Below, one piece after another: positions 28,019-35,947 of a stretch of 59,311 nucleotides of DNA. Below the pieces are notes generated by a model that made no database searches, was not told where the DNA came from, and saw nothing but the letters and a program-made list of their open reading frames with translations. Origin of the DNA: an uncultured Methanosarcinales archaeon (GTDB lineage: Archaea; Nanobdellota; Nanobdellia; Woesearchaeales; JAGWAF01). The stretch lies in the NCBI GenBank assembly GCA_964597775.1, contig CAZQZJ010000003.1, positions 1-59,311 of the forward strand, given 5' to 3'. Positions within the stretch are counted from its first letter, which is position 1; every line of letters starts with the position of its first letter. The translations under genes were made by a program, and so were the position numbers.

Positions 28019-28955
28019 GATGCATATCCCCCAAAAACAACTCTGCAGCACGATAACTTGAACGCACCAGAGGACCAGCAGCCACATATCTAAAACCACA
28101 AGAGAGTGCCTCTTGCTTTAACACATCAAAATCCTGAGGCGAGACAAACTCCACAACAGGAATATGCCTAGGTGATGGCTGAAGATACTGACCAAAGGTC
28201 ACAACCTCAACACCAACTGCACGCAAATCAACACATGCAACAAGAACCTCACCTCTTGATTCACCAAGACCAAGCATCAAGGAAGACTTTGTAATAATAG
28301 AAGAATCCTTCTGCTTTACAAAATGTAGTACCTCAAGTGATTGTTCATACCCAGCACGAGGATCCCGCACCTTTCTTTGCAAGGACTGCACAGTCTCGAG
28401 ATTATGCGCAATCACATCAGGTTTGGCATCAATAATGATCTGCAAGAGTTCACGATTACCACAAAAATCAGGGATAAGAACCTCAATCTTAATAGTTGGA
28501 CACTGCTGCCTCACCTCCTTAATGCATGCTGCAATATGATATGCTCCTTGATCCTTAAGATCATCACGATCAACACTTGTAATCACAACATAAGACAAAC
28601 CAAGTTGTGCAATTGCAGATCCAATCCTTTGTGGCTCATGCGGATCAAGAGGTTTTGCAGGAAAACCAGTCTTGACATGACAGAATTTACACGCCCTTGT
28701 ACAGGTATCACCCATTACCATCACTGTCACAGTACCACCAGACCAACACTCACTAATATTCGGACACCTAGCTTCTTCACAAACAGTCACTAGATTTAAT
28801 GATCTTAACAATGATTTGATCTCTACATACTTTTTACCTGGAGGACGAATCTTAAACCAGGCAGGTAAGCTATGCTTAACTAACAACCTACTTTTTTCAT
28901 CAATACCTGACACTACCTGCAATACATTATTTGCACTCATCATCCTGTAGCCCAT
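28011..28955 (-). CDS. lipA: Lipoyl synthase
   Basis: CEEARCPNISEC auxiliary cluster, CTRACKFC radical SAM motif, HNLETV, GQYLQP and RSSY. Confidence 0.96.
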   Translation of the reverse strand: MGYRMMSANNVLQVVSGIDEKSRLLVKHSLPAWFKIRPPGKKYVEIKSLLRSLNLVTVCEEARCPNISECWSGGTVTVMVMGDTCTRACKFCHVKTGFPAKPLDPHEPQRIGSAIAQLGLSYVVITSVDRDDLKDQGAYHIAACIKEVRQQCPTIKIEVLIPDFCGNRELLQIIIDAKPDVIAHNLETVQSLQRKVRDPRAGYEQSLEVLHFVKQKDSSIITKSSLMLGLGESRGEVLVACVDLRAVGVEVVTFGQYLQPSPRHIPVVEFVSPQDFDVLKQEALSCGFRYVAAGPLVRSSYRAAELFLGDMHHV

Positions 28956-29206
28956 TTCTTAAGAACATCAATATTCACAGCACCACAAATCCACTTCCCA
29001 GTCTTTGTATTAAAAAAAAACGGAACACCACCACAAAAACCCTTATCATAACCAGCCAAAAGCTTTGCATTCTTCTCATCATGCCACACCTCCAAACGAT
29101 CCACATTTACCCCCAACTCCTTCTCTAATTGATCAACTAAAGGATCCATCTCATGACAGTGAGTACATTCCCTTCCAGTAAACATGATAAGATAGGACTG
29201 TGCCAT
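28940..29206 (-). CDS. Thioredoxin-like protein
   Basis: CTHC active site and GGVP cis-Pro motif; first gene of the lipA-E1-E2 operon. Confidence 0.85.
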   Translation of the reverse strand: MAQSYLIMFTGRECTHCHEMDPLVDQLEKELGVNVDRLEVWHDEKNAKLLAGYDKGFCGGVPFFFNTKTGKWICGAVNIDVLKKWATG

Positions 29207-29228
29207 AACCTTTTTTTGAAAAAGATTG

Positions 29229-29238
29229 TATATAAATA
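29229..29238 (-). promoter_or_regulatory. TATA box of the trx-lipA-pdhABC operon
   Basis: TATTTATATA on the minus strand about 25-30 nt upstream of the ATG at 29206. Confidence 0.55.
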
Positions 29239-29292
29239 GTGCGTTTCCTCTGATTTGTAATAGCTACTCTCCAACTGATTTGTCAAGGATCG

Positions 29293-29436
29293 ATGTTAGC
29301 TTTCCTTTCTAAATTTATTGAGTTTGAGTACGTATTAAGCAGGGGTCAGTAGTCTGGTCAGTTGGTAGAGGGCATTCTTGCAGGACTTATCACCATTGGA
29401 CTAATCCTTATCAAACTGATTCATCGTACTTGTTAA
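29293..29436 (+). pseudogene. Possible small membrane-protein pseudogene
   Basis: MLAFLSKFIEFEYVLSRGQ*SGQLVEGILAGLITIGLILIKLIHRTC*: one internal TAG (29350-29352), a TM-like C-terminus, and a stop supplied by the adjacent repeat. Confidence 0.35.
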
Positions 29437-29685
29437 GACCCTATCTGTTGCAGAGGCGCTGACTTGTGTTTGCATTCGCAAACACACAACGCCGCTCGCA
29501 CCTCACAGAACTATTCAAAGAAACCCTCCTATCTGGAACCTCCTCGGGTTTGCGTAGAACTTCATAATAGTGCTCGCATCCTGGCACAATCGAACCCTTC
29601 GGCTTTCGCTGTGCACAAGGTCGAAATGCGACCTTGTTGCGTTCCACGCCAGCGCCTCTGCATAACACCTGGCTTAACAAGTACG
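29425..29685. mobile_element. 261-bp non-autonomous REPIN/MITE-like element built from two inverted module-B ends
   Basis: 13-bp terminal IR CGTACTTGTTAAG/CTTAACAAGTACG, subterminal IR TGCAGAGGCGCTG/CAGCGCCTCTGCA, flanking direct repeat ATTCAT (29419-29424, 29686-29691), and a GC-rich multi-hairpin core. Confidence 0.8.
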
Positions 29686-29747
29686 ATTCATACCAATGTT
29701 TAAAAACTTGCAGAGACTCTAACTAAAAACCGCACAGCGGTTTTTCC

Positions 29748-29820
29748 AGGCCTGTGGTCTAGCGGCTATGACGCCACCTTCACATGGTGGAGGTCAAGGG
29801 TTCAAATCCCTTCAGGCCTA
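29748..29820 (+). tRNA. tRNA-Val(CAC)
   Basis: AGGCCTG/CAGGCCT+A73, anticodon arm CCACC-TT-CAC-AT-GGTGG, T-arm AAGGG-TTCAAAT-CCCTT. Confidence 0.95.
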
Positions 29821-29898
29821 TTAACCTTGTTCAGAGTTGGTGGTATGTGATTTTGGTAACAAACAAACCTTTTTATAATCCTGACTATCCTCAAGATT

Positions 29899-30150
29899 GT
29901 GGACCAAAACCCTGAACCAAATATTCCAGATCCAAATACTGAAGAACAACGATTTGCCGTACTTATCCTACGCAGAATAGATAAACAAACCAAACAAACA
30001 CACCTCTCAATGCAAACACGAGGAGAAGGAATCACACTTGCAGAAGCAGCAATCATTCTTGAAGGTTGGTCAAAAAAAGTCAAAACTGAACTCCAACGAC
30101 CATTCACTGACAACCTTATCTTTGGAGGAAACGAAGCTAAAACAACCTAA
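29899..30150 (+). CDS. Hypothetical protein
   Basis: 83-aa ORF, GTG start, host-like codon style, convergent with the next gene. Confidence 0.55.
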   Translation: MDQNPEPNIPDPNTEEQRFAVLILRRIDKQTKQTHLSMQTRGEGITLAEAAIILEGWSKKVKTELQRPFTDNLIFGGNEAKTT

Positions 30151-30653
30151 ACATTCACAAGAACATCTGCTCTTAACCCTGCAACCATACCTAAACTACC
30201 AATACCACTTACACCAATTATTGTAATCACATCTAAATTTTTTGTAACACGCAACACCTCTTCAATCACACTTGCAAACATAAAATGAAGATCATCTTTA
30301 TCTAACTCTTCTTTATAAAAAAGCCTATCAAAACCAGAAATAACTAACACCTTACTTTTATATTTTTGCAACACTTGCTCAATCCTTATTATAAGATCAC
30401 GAAACTCAACTGCAGAAAGAGGACGAGCAAGCATAATCTTATGCATATCACAAATCAAAGGCTTGTGATAATACTGCCCAACAAACACAGGATTAAAGGT
30501 AGCAGCAGCATCAATAAAAGTCACCATACCAGAGGATTGTAATCTTAATGCCAATGAAATCAAGAGTGTTGAGGTTATTGCCACATCACCTTGCAACACA
30601 ACCACTTTACCAGAATTGCACTCAAAATCCTCACACCACAAATCCTGTCTCAT
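30147..30653 (-). CDS. Degenerate RadA/RecA-like (ImuA-like) protein
   Basis: VTFIDAAATFNP, MLARPLS and VLVISGFDRLFY resemble RecA-fold strands; no Walker A (LQGDVAITS). Confidence 0.6.
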   Translation of the reverse strand: MRQDLWCEDFECNSGKVVVLQGDVAITSTLLISLALRLQSSGMVTFIDAAATFNPVFVGQYYHKPLICDMHKIMLARPLSAVEFRDLIIRIEQVLQKYKSKVLVISGFDRLFYKEELDKDDLHFMFASVIEEVLRVTKNLDVITIIGVSGIGSLGMVAGLRADVLVNV

Positions 30654-30793
30654 ACCACTTTACTTTATTTTACTATTTAAATCCCGATTGGATCCTTGTC
30701 TAGTGTGCCTAGTCCGATTTATTTATAAACAACAAGAACAATCTCTTCTTGTTTAATATAATGATTCATAATTGAGAATAATATCTCTTCAAG

Positions 30794-32101
30794 ATGACTA
30801 CTATAGAACAACCACAACGACTTCAAAAAATCCTTTCAGGAGCAGGGATTGCATCACGCAGAAAATCTGAAGAATATATCACATCTGGAAGAATTACAGT
30901 CAATGGACAACGCATTCTCCAACTCGGCACCAAGGCACTACCTACTGATGATATCAAAGTTGACGGAGAAAAAATAAATATCCAACCTAAGATCTATATT
31001 GCACTTCACAAACCAAGCGGCTACCTTGTCACTACACCACCTTCCAAACGACGCACTGTCTTTGACCTTGTCCGCATACCACACAGACTCTTTTATGTTG
31101 GAAGACTTGACTATGAAACAGAAGGACTGCTCCTGCTTACCAACGACGGCGCATTTGCACAACAGATGTCTCATCCACGATTTGAAAAAGAAAAGACCTA
31201 CCTCGTCACTATCCAAGGCAGACTCTCCAGAGAGGATATTGAAACACTGGGACGAGGAATCAAGATCAAAAGCATCGGCCTTGAAACACAAAGCTCACCT
31301 TTAGTGCACATCTGGCCAGTCACAGTACGCGTCATATCTGAAGGAAAATACTCTACCTACGAATTCTCCATCCACGAAGGACGCAAAAACATCATCCGCC
31401 GAGTCATAGCACACTTTGGCAAAGAAGTAGATAAACTCCGACGCATACGCATCGGAAACCTAGGCCTTGCAGGAATCTCACCAGGCAAATGGCGATACCT
31501 TAGACCAGAAGAAGTTGAGGCCATGCTCAAACCGACAAAAATTAACAAACCAACACCACGACCAATCACCACATTTGTAGATGAAAAAGAATTCCGCAAA
31601 ACAGGATTTAGCAGATTTGGAAGCAAAGAACAAAGACGAACAAAATTTACTGAAACAGACAAAAGAGGAACACTACAATTTGAACGCAAGCAACCACATT
31701 CCTACACAGAAAAACAAAAATACAGAACACCATCACGAAACTTCCAACGCGAGGAACGAAATGAAGCGCCCTTACAACGATTTGATCGTGACACCCTACA
31801 ACGCAATGATAGCGACCGACCTGCACGACAGTTTGATCGTGCACCACTACGAGGTCGAGACAAAGGAAGATCAGAACCTCTATTCAAGAGACACACACGA
31901 GAATACAATAAAGAACGACCATTCCAAGAAAAAAAACCATTCAAATTCCGAAAACAAACTAATCCACAAACATCACCTTCTGAAGCACCTAGTTCCACAC
32001 CCAAAACATGGGGAAGTCGTGAAGACTACGCTGCATTCAAAGAACGCAGAGCACAACGCCCAGCTAAAAATCGATATTCTCGAAGAAGAAGAAATGCCTA
32101 G
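30794..32101 (+). CDS. RsuA/RluB-family pseudouridine synthase with S4 domain and long basic tail
   Basis: RLQKILSGAGIASRRKSEE (S4), LHKPSG, VGRLDYETEGLLLLTNDG and EGRKNIIRR; about 185-aa R/K/E-rich tail. Confidence 0.93.
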   Translation: MTTIEQPQRLQKILSGAGIASRRKSEEYITSGRITVNGQRILQLGTKALPTDDIKVDGEKINIQPKIYIALHKPSGYLVTTPPSKRRTVFDLVRIPHRLFYVGRLDYETEGLLLLTNDGAFAQQMSHPRFEKEKTYLVTIQGRLSREDIETLGRGIKIKSIGLETQSSPLVHIWPVTVRVISEGKYSTYEFSIHEGRKNIIRRVIAHFGKEVDKLRRIRIGNLGLAGISPGKWRYLRPEEVEAMLKPTKINKPTPRPITTFVDEKEFRKTGFSRFGSKEQRRTKFTETDKRGTLQFERKQPHSYTEKQKYRTPSRNFQREERNEAPLQRFDRDTLQRNDSDRPARQFDRAPLRGRDKGRSEPLFKRHTREYNKERPFQEKKPFKFRKQTNPQTSPSEAPSSTPKTWGSREDYAAFKERRAQRPAKNRYSRRRRNA

Positions 32102-32161
32102 CAGTGTTTCTTTTATTTTCCTCTTACTTGATAGGATTCTTTGTATAAGTCTTAAGAACTA

Positions 32162-32271
32162 TAGGAAATAACCTTAATTTTAGGATATTTCAAAAATGAA
32201 AGTAAGGTTATTTCCTAATAATCAAATCACTTTAATCTGGGAAAAATATCCTATAATTAAAGTGATTTGAT
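32162..32271. repeat. Palindromic modules R1-R2
   Basis: Arms TAGGAAATAACCTTA/TAAGGTTATTTCCTA and ATCAAATCACTTTAAT/ATTAAAGTGATTTGAT are identical to 22691-22800; cores differ slightly; between convergent genes. Confidence 0.92.
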
Positions 32272-32296
32272 ATACCTAATCAGTTTTTCAAAACGC

Positions 32297-33370
32297 TTAT
32301 AGTTTACACAAACTAATTGGCTTTCTTGTATCATCATAAAAACCAGATCTGCATTTGAGTTCAGGCTTACAATCAAAATCAGTGTTGCAACCAATGTTCT
32401 CTGATCTTGCTCTTTTTGGAGAACAAACCTTTGATTTATACAAATCATGGTATAAACAATCTATTTGCAAAGATTCTTTTTTCCCACCCCTTCCTAATAT
32501 TTCTTGAGCACACTCATCCTTTTTTTTACAGGATTCATTTAATCCACTAAACTCTGGTAAACAAATCCAAATTGGCTTATTTGTCTCATCATAAAAACCA
32601 GGCTTACAAACTAAAGACACAGCACAATCACTATTGGAGTTACATATAACATTCTTAGGCCGAGATGTCATAACTTGGCATACCTTTGATTTATAATCCT
32701 CATGGTACAAACATTTCAAACTAGGATCACACTCCACATTTCCACCACATACCTCATTTAACAATGCAAACTCTGGTTTGCATAACCCAATGGGCTTATT
32801 GGTCTCATCATAAAAACCAGACTTGCAGACTAAAGACACAGTGCAATCACTATTAGAATTACAGATAACATTGTTTAGACGCTTATTTCCAAAGGTACAA
32901 ATCTTGGTCTTAAAATCATCATGATATAAACAATCTGAGGATACAATCTTATTATCCTTATCAAGAAGCCTACACTCACTGCTTTTTATACAGCTTTGAT
33001 TAAAACCCTTAAACTCTGGCTGACATAAACTAATTTTCTTACCTTGATTGTCTCTAAATCCTTTAATACACCCAAGTCCTAACTGACAGTCACTATTTAA
33101 CGAGCATTCTAGACCAGAAACCCTATTATGCTTTGGAATACAAACGTTTCCTTGCTTATCTGAACTATACCCACATTCTGTAGATTCACACTCACTATCA
33201 CTCTGACAAGGCACTTCTAATGCATTATAAGAAGCTCTTAGATCGACATCACTCACTTCAAAACCAGTAATAGAAGTATGATATTTGGAAACTGTAAACA
33301 TAGAAAAGATACTGACAACGAGTACAAAAAATAATATAATAAGCTCTGAATGACTATTCATTACAATCAC
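32297..33370 (-). CDS. Membrane-anchored or secreted Cys-rich repeat protein
   Basis: N-terminal TM plus ITG motif, about 9 C-x5-C-x5-C-type units, and a 219-nt internal tandem repeat (32583 versus 32802). Confidence 0.85.
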   Translation of the reverse strand: MIVMNSHSELIILFFVLVVSIFSMFTVSKYHTSITGFEVSDVDLRASYNALEVPCQSDSECESTECGYSSDKQGNVCIPKHNRVSGLECSLNSDCQLGLGCIKGFRDNQGKKISLCQPEFKGFNQSCIKSSECRLLDKDNKIVSSDCLYHDDFKTKICTFGNKRLNNVICNSNSDCTVSLVCKSGFYDETNKPIGLCKPEFALLNEVCGGNVECDPSLKCLYHEDYKSKVCQVMTSRPKNVICNSNSDCAVSLVCKPGFYDETNKPIWICLPEFSGLNESCKKKDECAQEILGRGGKKESLQIDCLYHDLYKSKVCSPKRARSENIGCNTDFDCKPELKCRSGFYDDTRKPISLCKL

Positions 33371-33801
33371 CTTTTTTTATACACTTAATATTATTTGTTT
33401 ATATATCTTTCTTGATAAGAGATGCTAAACAAAATTCAAGAAACAACATGAGACATATCTTTACTGGTACTTGTTTAGCTCCTCTTAGAAGACAGGAGCG
33501 CTGGCTTATAAAATTGTAGTACGAATACCCACAGATTCAACAAAAATTTAAGTTTACACCCTTGTATAACAATTGATTCTATTTCTGTTTTGTTATTAGG
33601 CAATTCATTCAATAAATTATTGGAGAAACCACAAATAAATATTTCGCATTCTATAACAATATCTAGTATTAAGCGCAATAAAACTACGCTTAATGCATGT
33701 TCTGCGTAATTGAGAATTCGGCGCACGCATACCTTTACTATATTGAATCCATCAGGTTTAAATCGCAAAACTTATTTAGTAGCTTCATTAACCTATTTAC
33801 T

Positions 33802-34566
33802 ATGACTGAATTTATTGGAATTAGATCGAAATTGTATAAAGAATGTTTGGAAGAATTTCCTCATGCAAGAGACGAAGAAATCAATGCAATAAAAAAATAC
33901 CTTAATCCCAAAAGCAATGAGACTATTCTTGAAGTTGGCGCAGGAAGCGGTCTTCTTTCTGAAGTTTTATCTGAAGTCTTAAAGAATGGAAAATTAATCG
34001 TATCAGATCCTTCAGCAGAGCAACTTCAAGCAATAAAGAACAAACCCAACATCCAAATCGTTAATGAAAGTGTCGATAATTTAAGTTTGGAAGATAAAAC
34101 CATTGATGCTGTTTGTTCTTTGGGAGCGATGCATCATTGCTTCAATAAAACAAAAGCTTTCCAGAATTTTGCTCGCATACTAAAGCCAGATGGTAGACTA
34201 GTTATCGCTGATGTTTTTAATGGTTCATCATTAGCCAAACATTTTGATGTTCAAGTCGCAAAATATTGCATTACTGGACACGAAGTTGCGTTTTGGACAG
34301 ATGAATTTGCTGAAAGCCTTTGTTTTTTGGCTGGATTTGAAAAACCCAAAATTTCCCAGTTAAACATTCGTTGGAAATTTAGTTCAAAAGAAGATGTCGG
34401 AATTTTTTTATATAAAATTCATGCAATGACAAAAACTACGCCAGCAGAGTGTTTGAGAGGTGCAGAAGAAATTCTTGGTATAATCAAAAAAGACAACCAG
34501 TATTATTTGGGCTGGCCATTAAAAGTTATTATAACTAAAAAGATTAATCCCAAACCTTCTTTATAG
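33802..34566 (+). CDS. Class I SAM-dependent methyltransferase
   Basis: ILEVGAGSG, DAVCSLGAMHH and RILKPDGRLVIAD; ATG at 33802. Confidence 0.9.
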   Translation: MTEFIGIRSKLYKECLEEFPHARDEEINAIKKYLNPKSNETILEVGAGSGLLSEVLSEVLKNGKLIVSDPSAEQLQAIKNKPNIQIVNESVDNLSLEDKTIDAVCSLGAMHHCFNKTKAFQNFARILKPDGRLVIADVFNGSSLAKHFDVQVAKYCITGHEVAFWTDEFAESLCFLAGFEKPKISQLNIRWKFSSKEDVGIFLYKIHAMTKTTPAECLRGAEEILGIIKKDNQYYLGWPLKVIITKKINPKPSL

Positions 34567-34614
34567 AGAAATAAACGAAACCTTTATAAATAGTGTTACT
34601 ACTAATAAGTTAAT

Positions 34615-35319
34615 ATGAAAGCATTAGTTATCGGCGGGACCAGAGGCTTTGGAAAAGAAATTTCAGACCAACTTTTGGATAAAGGATACAATTTAATTAC
34701 TGTCAGTCGTTCAACTTCTGGTTACAAAAACTACCCTCATTATTCATGTGATGTAGGAGATTTGGATTCTTGGCAGAAAACCCTACAACAAATAAAATCC
34801 GAGCATAAAAACTTAGATTTTTTAGCTTGTGTTGCTGGATTTACAAAAGCAAGATTTTCTAAAGATTTGACCATTGATGATTGGAATCAAACTCTTTCAA
34901 GAAATGTTATTTATGTCGCCTTAGCACTTCAAGAATTATCTGAGTTGCTTCATACTTCCAATCATCCAAGAGTATTAACAGTTGGTAGCCAATGGTCGTA
35001 TAAAATAGGTTGCGATGAACTTGTTCCATACACAGTCGCTAAACATGCCTTAAGAACACTAACAGAAGATTTCGCTCAAAGAAATTCAAGAATCCAAATC
35101 AATCATTATTGTGCGCCAACAATGGATACGCCAGGATATTGGGAAGTAAGAGAATCATTTCAAAATATCGGGCAAGAATCTACAATAAAGAGTTTTGTGC
35201 CTGATAGATTAACAGATCCAAAAGTTGTAGCAAAATCAATCATAGACAAAACATTGGAAACCGACGCCTCTGGTTCCACTTTTGTTATTAAACCTGATGG
35301 ATTGATTGAAAAACTATAA
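34615..35319 (+). CDS. Short-chain dehydrogenase/reductase
   Basis: ALVIGGTRGFGK, YTVAK (YxxxK) and CAPTMDT; TATA-like TTTATAAAT near 34583. Confidence 0.9.
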   Translation: MKALVIGGTRGFGKEISDQLLDKGYNLITVSRSTSGYKNYPHYSCDVGDLDSWQKTLQQIKSEHKNLDFLACVAGFTKARFSKDLTIDDWNQTLSRNVIYVALALQELSELLHTSNHPRVLTVGSQWSYKIGCDELVPYTVAKHALRTLTEDFAQRNSRIQINHYCAPTMDTPGYWEVRESFQNIGQESTIKSFVPDRLTDPKVVAKSIIDKTLETDASGSTFVIKPDGLIEKL

Positions 35320-35390
35320 GCGCCGAATTCTCAACTTGCTCCGCTTCGCTACGCACCCCGCTGCGCTCTCCTCCTTTCAGTCGTCGGGAC

Positions 35391-35486
35391 GCCTAACAAG
35401 GATTATGAGGAAAATGACTCGGTTCGCCATTTTCCCAAATTGCCTACGCTTCGCTTCGGCAACTTCTCTTAATCGCGATGTTATAT
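35391..35486 (+). other. Integron attC-like recombination site
   Basis: R'' GCCTAAC (RYYYAAC) to R' GTTATAT; L boxes GATTATGAG/CTCTTAATC; inner hairpins including GCTTCGC motifs. Confidence 0.7.
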
Positions 35487-35507
35487 TCAATTCGCAAGCT
35501 TGCCTTG

Positions 35508-35765
35508 TTAATAGACTCGTTCTCTAATATCAATTGCAAAGATGATAATGTGATGATTATCATTATCTACTCTGTATAGCACACGGTAATCTCCAATACG
35601 TATTCTGAACACACCATGCCTACCAACAATTGCCTTGGCATCATGAGGAACCGGTTGATCTTGGAGAAGTGTTTCTGTCTTGTCTACAATCCTTTGTGCA
35701 ATATGTTTATCTGCTTTCTTTAGAAATTTCTGAGGTTGAATATCATATTGAATTCCAAATTTCAT
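35508..35765 (-). CDS. relE: RelE/ParE-family toxin
   Basis: KFLKK...FRIRIGDYRVLYRVD...IDIRERVY. Confidence 0.9.
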   Translation of the reverse strand: MKFGIQYDIQPQKFLKKADKHIAQRIVDKTETLLQDQPVPHDAKAIVGRHGVFRIRIGDYRVLYRVDNDNHHIIIFAIDIRERVY

Positions 35766-35947
35766 ATCCCAAACTCATTCCTCAGTGATTCGCTGGAGAC
35801 AAGAAGATTTTCTTTTTCGTGTTTATAGCTTGCATCAAGTAATTCGCTTTCTTCTGCTGCCAAGAACATATCCCTGTCTGGTATCTCTTCTCTTATTGTT
35901 TTTAGTTCTCTTCTTATAAGTACTAATTCCTGTTTGATATCTTCCAT
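35762..35947 (-). CDS. Cognate antitoxin (acidic, about 61 aa)
   Basis: Small acidic ORF overlapping the toxin start by 4 nt; ATG at 35947 or 35959. Confidence 0.8.
   Translation of the reverse strand: MEDIKQELVLIRRELKTIREEIPDRDMFLAAEESELLDASYKHEKENLLVSSESLRNEFGI

Larger units (their letters stand above)
33710..35334. mobile_element. Two-gene cargo bounded by 15-bp perfect inverted repeats
   Basis: TTGAGAATTCGGCGC (33710-33724) and GCGCCGAATTCTCAA (35320-35334); the right IR abuts the SDR stop codon. Confidence 0.6.

Noticed and set aside
29263-29373. Inverted repeat CTCTCCAACTGA / TCAGTTGGTAGAG
   Set aside because: Single copy, one bulge, and it overlaps the putative pseudogene; no second line of evidence.
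29530-29550. Minus-strand CCCGAGGAGGTTCC resembles the archaeal RNase P RNA CR-I/P4 5' strand
   Set aside because: No complementary P4 3' strand or CR-II/III/V in the expected order, and too little sequence downstream. An Rfam scan should still be run.
29565-29590. Minus-strand GCCAGG-ATGC-GAGCA resembles SRP RNA helix 8
   Set aside because: The spacer is 4 nt rather than a stem plus GNRA loop; there is no Alu domain; and the termini are shared with dispersed repeats.
33475-33768. 97-aa minus-strand ORF
   Set aside because: It crosses the left inverted repeat, has no motif and overlaps the methyltransferase promoter region; at most a relic.
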